DNA of 43,619 nucleotides. Source: Vulcanimicrobiota bacterium (lineage in GTDB: Bacteria; Vulcanimicrobiota; Xenobia; Xenobiales; JADMJV01). The notes beneath the pieces are model-generated. The model had not been told where the DNA came from and ran no database searches. It was given only the letters and a program-made list of their open reading frames with translations. Where the stretch lies: positions 1-43,619 of the forward strand of contig JALHOV010000001.1 in NCBI GenBank assembly GCA_022842865.1, read 5' to 3'. Positions 38,866 to 43,619 of the stretch are shown one piece after another (the first letter of the stretch is position 1; every line of letters starts with the position of its first letter). The translations under genes were made by a program, and so were the position numbers.

Positions 38866-39729
38866 AGGCTGTACCTTCTCGAGGCCTTTCTTTTGTAAGA
38901 GCAGCGCCACACGGGCGCTGGTTGCTTCACTGGGTCAACTACAATAGACCACGATGGGAAGGTTGCGCGGGAGGCGTTCCAGGGAGTCGAGTGACACCAC
39001 GTGAGCCCCTGGAATGATGTAGGGGTCCGCTTGGCGCTGCAGCTCCTGGCGCAGGTCCACGATGTAGGGATCCTGCCCACCATCGATCATCTCTTTGAGC
39101 TGCTGGGGTGTGAGGCGGGCCGCCCGCCAGCGGCGCAAAAAGAACCATCGGCGAGCGAAACGGTAGCCCAGGTGAATTCCGATGACCACCACGCCAATCT
39201 GCACCAAAGTGGCGCCGGCGCCTTCCACCCATGCGATCAGCTCTTCTAACTGCTCGCGCAGCAGCCAGCCCAGGCCACCATAGACCGCCACCCAAAGACT
39301 GCTTCCAACGGTGTCCAGGGCGATAAATCGGTAGACGGGCACCCCGGTCAGGCCAGCCATCGGCGGCGCCAGCGTGGAAAGGCCGGGCAGGAATTTGGCC
39401 ACGACCAGCACCTTTTCGCCCCAGCGTTGGAACGTGCCGGCGGTGCTGTTCACGCAATGATCGGGTTCGATAGCCAGGCGGCAGAGAGTTCTCAGAACAC
39501 TTATACCGCGCGACCGGCCCAGGCCGTACCAGGCGAGGTCGCCGAGCACGGCGGCGCAGACAGTGATGAGCAAGGCCGGTACCAGGTCCAGGTAGCCCAG
39601 GCCCACCAGCGCTCCGGCCGCCATCAGCACGGGGGCCGCCGGGAAGGGCAGTCCCAGTTGCTCCAGCAGGACGGTAGCGAAAAGCAAAGGATAACCGTGG
39701 GTTTTAAGACTTTCGAGAGTGGCGCTCAC
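38797..39729 (-). CDS. DedA (VTT) membrane domain fused to rhodanese, with an in-frame TGA in the rhodanese active-site loop (candidate selenoprotein); ends at 38935 without read-through
   Basis: The GTG start at 39729 overlaps the FMN reductase TGA (GTGA). DedA motifs: LLEQLGLPFPAAP and AKFLPGLSTLAPPMAG. The rhodanese stops at IVVYCS-TGA (38937..38935). The same frame then continues as PSEATSARVALLLQKKGLEKVQPLLGGLDGWREAGFETV..., ending at TGA 38799..38797 and completing the domain. Confidence 0.6.
38902..38920 (-). promoter_or_regulatory. SECIS-like hairpin downstream of the in-frame UGA
   Basis: Minus-strand CAGCGCC-CGUGU-GGCGCUG (7-bp stem, 5-nt loop containing GU). It starts 14 nt after UGA 38937..38935, so the loop begins 21 nt after the UGA. 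Confidence 0.5.
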
Positions 39730-40238
39730 TGCAGAGTCTTGATCAGTCCTTCGGCGAGCTCCAGGCTCTTGGCGTCGGTCAGGCGCCCGTTCTCCACCTT
39801 GGTGTGAACGGTCGGGATGGCCACTTCTGGATAGGGGACGACCTCGGCCAGACAGGCGTAGAAGCACTCGCGGATGGAGGCCTGGGCGCGAGCCCCGCCG
39901 GTGGTGGCCATAGAGCAGGTGATAATGGCGACTTTTTTGCCTTTGAGGACGGATTGGTAGCCGGGTCGGGAAGCCCAATCCAGCGCGTTCTTCAAGACGC
40001 CCGGAATGCCATAGTTGTATTCCGGTGATACCACCAGAAGGCCCGCGCTGGCCGCGATGGCGTCCTTGAACTTACGCACCGGATCGGGAGGATGCTCGCC
40101 GTCCTGGTCCGCGTTATAAAGCGGGATGGAGGAAATGTCAAAGATCTCGATCTCCCGGCCCTCGGCCAGAGTGTTGAGAACGGCCCGATTGAAGGATTCG
40201 CGCCGCAGGCTGCCGGCAATGCCCAAGATTTTGTTCAT
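39726..40238 (-). CDS. NAD(P)H-dependent FMN reductase family oxidoreductase
   Basis: Start chosen at MNKILGIAGSLRRESFN. LLVVSPEYNYGIPGVLKNALDWASRP is the family signature (PF03358-like). Confidence 0.85.
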   Translation of the reverse strand: MNKILGIAGSLRRESFNRAVLNTLAEGREIEIFDISSIPLYNADQDGEHPPDPVRKFKDAIAASAGLLVVSPEYNYGIPGVLKNALDWASRPGYQSVLKGKKVAIITCSMATTGGARAQASIRECFYACLAEVVPYPEVAIPTVHTKVENGRLTDAKSLELAEGLIKTLQ

Positions 40239-40314
40239 AAGGTCCCGCTTCGTTTGCACAACTCGCTTTGCCTGCAGCGAGAGGGGGCGGGCTTTCCTTA
40301 CAGAAAGCCCGCCC

Positions 40315-40668
40315 ATGATTACTGCCAATCCGGTCCTTTTGAAATTCCTGTGCAGCCTGGCCTCGTGCGATGGCAAGCTGGTCGATCAAGAAGAGTCGTT
40401 CCTACGCAACATCTTCCATCAACTGCATTTGGACGTGGATGAACAAGAGTCCCTGCTGGCTTTTCAAGGGCCGCTGCCAAAGGAGCAGGAATTGCTGGTA
40501 GCCTGTCCAGACCCGGGCACGCGGCGCGAGTTTCTGAGGCTGGCCGTGGACCTGGCCTGGAGCGACGGTGAACTGTCCGATCCCGAGTGGGACTTGATCA
40601 AGGGCTTTTGCAGCACATTTACGATGCGTATCCGCACCTGGCAGGAACTCAACAACTGGCTGAGCTAG
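40315..40668 (+). CDS. TerB-like (tellurite-resistance TerB fold) small protein
   Basis: Start chosen at MITANPVLLKF. There are two copies of the TerB-type motif, CDGKLVDQEESFL and SDGELSDPEWDLI. Confidence 0.55.
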   Translation: MITANPVLLKFLCSLASCDGKLVDQEESFLRNIFHQLHLDVDEQESLLAFQGPLPKEQELLVACPDPGTRREFLRLAVDLAWSDGELSDPEWDLIKGFCSTFTMRIRTWQELNNWLS

Positions 40669-40785
40669 TTAGGCCGAAGGCCGCTAGCCTTCACTTGAGT
40701 TGTGGTCTAAATTGGCCCACTGACAGCACGCGGGAGCTGAAGCAGCTTGCTGCGAGCGACCGCTCAGGCTGGGGCCGATTTAGAG

Positions 40786-40962
40786 CTAGGGTTTCGGGGA
40801 AGGTTCGTCTCTCACCGGACGCGGCGGCTCGATGGCAGCCAGACGTCGGCCCTGGCTGGTTTGTAGTAAGCGCAGGAATTCACGCACAGTGACCCCTTTG
40901 GCGTCGGCGGCCCGGCGCACGCGTTTCAGATCCTCTTTGGAAAGGTCGGCAAAATCATACAT
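40786..40962 (-). CDS. Small ribbon-helix-helix-like protein (58 aa; below the ORF-track cut-off)
   Basis: ATG 40962 with GGAAGG 8 nt upstream. MYDFADLSKEDLKRVRRAADAKGVTVREFLRLLQ resembles CopG/RHH antitoxin-like domains. It lies 74 nt downstream of the caspase gene on the same strand. Confidence 0.45.
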   Translation of the reverse strand: MYDFADLSKEDLKRVRRAADAKGVTVREFLRLLQTSQGRRLAAIEPPRPVRDEPSPKP

Positions 40963-41035
40963 AGTTTCGCCTTCCTGTTCGAGGGGCAGTTTTCCCTTCC
41001 GCCTGATCAGGTCAATTCGTGCTACGCCTAAAACC

Positions 41036-42457
41036 TCAGGGCATCACCTGGATCGAGAGATCGCTGGTGTTGATTGGCGCTCGACCTTCCTCCGCAACCA
41101 TACCAAAGACCAGGCTCCGCCCCCCCAGTTTAGTGGCGGCTTGCTTGAAGTCCGTACCGCTGCTGGCGTGCATGGACTGAAAAAATTCCTGGCCTTTGTC
41201 TCGGCTGGCGAAGAGGAACGCTTTGACGCGCTCCTGGCCAGGGCGATCGGGAGAAAGGGTCAAAGAAGGGCCGGGAATGTCCACCACATCGCCCCCCTTC
41301 ACCAGGGCATCATCCAGTTGGCCGCTGAGGGGATAAAGAGTATTGATTTTGTTTTCTGAACCGTGATTGATGACCAGAAGATAACCAGGCTTGCCCACCG
41401 TAATCTTGATCTGGATGGGCTGACCGACCCGAACGGCGTCCTGATCTGGGTGCACCGAAACGCGCACGGCCTGCGGATCGCGGATGTCGGCGGCATAGAG
41501 ATCCCAAGCAGAGGTGGGCGGCCCCCCCCAACTGGGCCCTGCCGTGCTGCCGTTGCCGTTGCCGAGAATGGGTTCGCGGCTTTGAGTGGAGTGGGCGGGC
41601 AGGTTGGCCTGCACAGCCGGATTGGCTTCGCCGACCTCGATTCCGGGAACCCGGCTGGCCAGAGCGCTTTGTGCGAAAACAGGGTGCTGACGGTCCTCGG
41701 CCAGAACGCTCAACTTGCTGGCGACCTGGACTTGAACGGCTTGCCAGGTGGTATTGGGGTAGGCCTTCAGGGTCTGGCACATCAGGGCGGTGAACAGACC
41801 GGCCGGTCGCCCATCAACGCTGGCCTCGAGAGCTTCCTCGTTGTAGCGGCTGGCCGCGATGTAGCGAACCTTGTCGTGGCTGACGCCGGGAATGTCGTAG
41901 GCGCTGGCCATCATGATTTCACGAGAGCCACTCCCTTTGCGGGCGCGATAGTAGCGAACGACGTCGTCCGAGGGGCCGTCTTTGCTGCTACGCGCGGCGG
42001 TGAAGCAAGTATCGAGAATGCACACGCGCTCCCGGGCCGGCAGCGAGACCAGAGCTTGATCCAATTCCTTCAGGGTCAGGGCGTTGTCCAGGCGCGCGCC
42101 CTGCTCTTGTGTGTCGGCGCAAAGCAAGCGTGGTTCGCTCGGCCCGCTGCCGTAACCAGCGTAGTAGACTAATACGTTGCTGGACGCGTCGCCTTCGCGC
42201 AGGGCTTTGAGAATATTCTGGCGTGAAGCCTGGTCATCCAGCAGAGTCGTTACCTGAATACCGCGAGCGCGGCAAGACTCAGCAAAGTTTTCTGCATCGG
42301 CTCGGGCCCCCGCCAGAGCTTTGGCGGAAGTGCCCGGGTATTTATTAATGCCGATCACAACCGCTCGGTAGGAATGCCCGGCGCTGAACGCGCTCCATTG
42401 GGGAGTTCCGCAAACCAGGAGGAAAGCCGCGGCGGCCACAAATTTGGTAGACTTCAT
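41036..42457 (-). CDS. Secreted caspase-like (peptidase C14) domain protein with C-terminal DUF4384
   Basis: Signal peptide MKSTKFVAAAAFLLVCG. Caspase-fold blocks: YRAVVIGINKY, VLVYYAGYGSG and CILDTCF. C-terminal GQPIQIKITVGKPGYLLVINHGSENKINTLYP matches DUF4384. Confidence 0.75.
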   Translation of the reverse strand: MKSTKFVAAAAFLLVCGTPQWSAFSAGHSYRAVVIGINKYPGTSAKALAGARADAENFAESCRARGIQVTTLLDDQASRQNILKALREGDASSNVLVYYAGYGSGPSEPRLLCADTQEQGARLDNALTLKELDQALVSLPARERVCILDTCFTAARSSKDGPSDDVVRYYRARKGSGSREIMMASAYDIPGVSHDKVRYIAASRYNEEALEASVDGRPAGLFTALMCQTLKAYPNTTWQAVQVQVASKLSVLAEDRQHPVFAQSALASRVPGIEVGEANPAVQANLPAHSTQSREPILGNGNGSTAGPSWGGPPTSAWDLYAADIRDPQAVRVSVHPDQDAVRVGQPIQIKITVGKPGYLLVINHGSENKINTLYPLSGQLDDALVKGGDVVDIPGPSLTLSPDRPGQERVKAFLFASRDKGQEFFQSMHASSGTDFKQAATKLGGRSLVFGMVAEEGRAPINTSDLSIQVMP

Positions 42458-42530
42458 TCAGGCCCATTCGAGATGCTCGCTGTTTCCCCTAGCGCAGGGT
42501 TGCCTGATGACTTGTAGAACTTCGAACGAA

Positions 42531-43619
42531 ATGCAGTCCGCGCCCGATAACGTTTGTGGTTTCAAAATAATCGAAGAACTTGGCCAGGGGGCCATGGGCG
42601 TCGTTTATTTAGGTCTCCACGAAAACTTAGGACGAAAATTGGCCATCAAAGTGATGTCCAAGGATTACGCCCACAACACCGAGTTCGTCGAGCGCTTCAA
42701 ACGCGAAGGGCAAATCGCCGCCAAACTCCGCCATCCCTACATCGTGCAGGTTTACGACTTTGCCATTCACGAGGGTACGCCGTTCATCGCCATGGAGTAC
42801 CTGGGCTCGCGGACCCTGAAGTCCCATATCCACGAGCTCAAGCGGGTTCCAATTGCGGAAGCGGTGCGCCTGACCGATCAGTTGCTAGACGGCCTCGAGC
42901 ATGCTCACTCGCACGGCATCATCCATCGCGACATCAAACCCGCCAATGTGATGGTCACGGACGCGGGCAACGCCGCTCTCACGGACTTCTCCATCTCTTA
43001 CCTGGCCTCAGCCAACCAGTTAACGCAAACCGGGACCACTCTAGGCACGCCGGAGTATATGGCCCCGGAACAGCTGGACGGACGCCATTACGAGAATTCC
43101 GACGTTTACGCCACCGCGGTCATGCTCTACGAAATGGTGACCGGCATCAGCCCTTTTCGCGCCGAGTCGCTGTCACAGGTCATGAAAAAGCAGCTTTTCG
43201 AGATGCCAGCCCCCCCCGACTCGCTCGACTTTGCCATCCCCGAGGCTTTGTCTCACGTCATCATGAAGGCGCTGGCCAAAAACACCAACGACCGCTACCC
43301 CAACGCCAAGGAAATGCGGGCCGCCCTGCGGGAAGCGATGCAGGCCGCTACCGTCGCCCCGACTGCAACGCCAGCAGCGGTAGAACCAGCGAAGCCCGCG
43401 GTCGTAAGCCCCCTGGAAAGAGCCAGGGAAGAACTCAAAACGGAAGTAGCGCCAGTGCCTGCACCACCGCCGCCGGTCTTTGCCGAGGCGCCGAAAGCTC
43501 CCGATTGGTCGGGGGTCGAACACCTGGATTCGGCCACTATGGTCGGCCGAAACTGGGACTTGAAATCGATTACCGAAGACACCCAAACGGGCGCAGGCGC
43601 GCCCTTAAAGATGCTTCCC
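42531..43619 (+). CDS. Ser/Thr protein kinase (Hanks type), 3'-truncated at the window edge
   Basis: Absent from the ORF track because there is no stop before the end. The frame is open from ATG 42531 to 43619 (363 codons). Motifs: G-loop LGQGAMGVVY, LAIKVM, HRDIKPANVM, DFS(IS) and GTPEYMAPEQ, then a Pro/Ala-rich linker. Confidence 0.9.
   Translation, partial: MQSAPDNVCGFKIIEELGQGAMGVVYLGLHENLGRKLAIKVMSKDYAHNTEFVERFKREGQIAAKLRHPYIVQVYDFAIHEGTPFIAMEYLGSRTLKSHIHELKRVPIAEAVRLTDQLLDGLEHAHSHGIIHRDIKPANVMVTDAGNAALTDFSISYLASANQLTQTGTTLGTPEYMAPEQLDGRHYENSDVYATAVMLYEMVTGISPFRAESLSQVMKKQLFEMPAPPDSLDFAIPEALSHVIMKALAKNTNDRYPNAKEMRAALREAMQAATVAPTATPAAVEPAKPAVVSPLERAREELKTEVAPVPAPPPPVFAEAPKAPDWSGVEHLDSATMVGRNWDLKSITEDTQTGAGAPLKMLP

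Noticed and set aside
40669-40785. Hairpins after the TerB-like gene (GCTAG..GGCC-GAA-GGCC..CTAGC and AGCTG-AAG-CAGCT) as terminators
   Set aside because: The stems are short and no U-tract follows, so the evidence is too weak to annotate.

Overview
High-GC (about 60%) bacterial chromosomal fragment, densely coding on both strands. I found no rRNA, tRNA, CRISPR array or clear transposon. The gene content is rich in secreted proteins, pseudopilins, Ser/Thr kinase, caspase-DUF4384 and TPR proteins. That resembles PVC-group or similar environmental bacteria, but taxonomy cannot be fixed from this window. Recognisable genes:
- a 5'-truncated GspE/PilB ATPase
- a GH64-like lipoprotein
- two class-C beta-lactamase-fold serine hydrolases
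- an HNH endonuclease
- a DJ-1/PfpI protein
- a RelA/SpoT-fold protein
- a GHL10 hydrolase
- a C39-like peptidase next to glycine-zipper membrane proteins
- a response regulator divergent from a large PAS-rich hybrid histidine kinase with an AhpD-like N-terminus
- an M48-like peptidase and a DUF2252 protein
- an HTH/PD-(D/E)xK fusion
- a HisKA_3 sensor kinase
- an S8 peptidase followed by three pseudopilin genes
- an FMN reductase, DedA-rhodanese and TerB cluster
- a caspase-DUF4384 protein
- a 3'-truncated Ser/Thr kinase (missing from the ORF track because it runs off the end)

Most interesting observations:
1. Two separate genes are interrupted by an in-frame TGA exactly at a redox-active Cys position. 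One is a secreted CxxC-type protein reading CPV-TGA. The other is the rhodanese active-site loop of a DedA-rhodanese fusion, reading YCS-TGA-PSEATS. Each TGA is followed 13-14 nt later by a 6-7 bp hairpin with a CGUGY loop, which resembles a bacterial SECIS element. Both are therefore candidate selenoproteins.
2. The Sec-rhodanese sits in an FMN reductase/DedA/TerB neighbourhood that suggests selenium or tellurium oxyanion handling.
3. A perfectly phased 60-bp tandem array with alternating A/B units (about 6.7 copies) lies between the HTH-nuclease gene and the HisKA_3 kinase.
4. A 26-nt promoter-like motif is shared upstream of three minus-strand units made of orphan, lower-GC proteins and the S8/pseudopilin operon. 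One copy is followed by a strong intrinsic terminator, defining an RNA or leader of about 95 nt.

The first 13 nt of the window are an Illumina adapter remnant.
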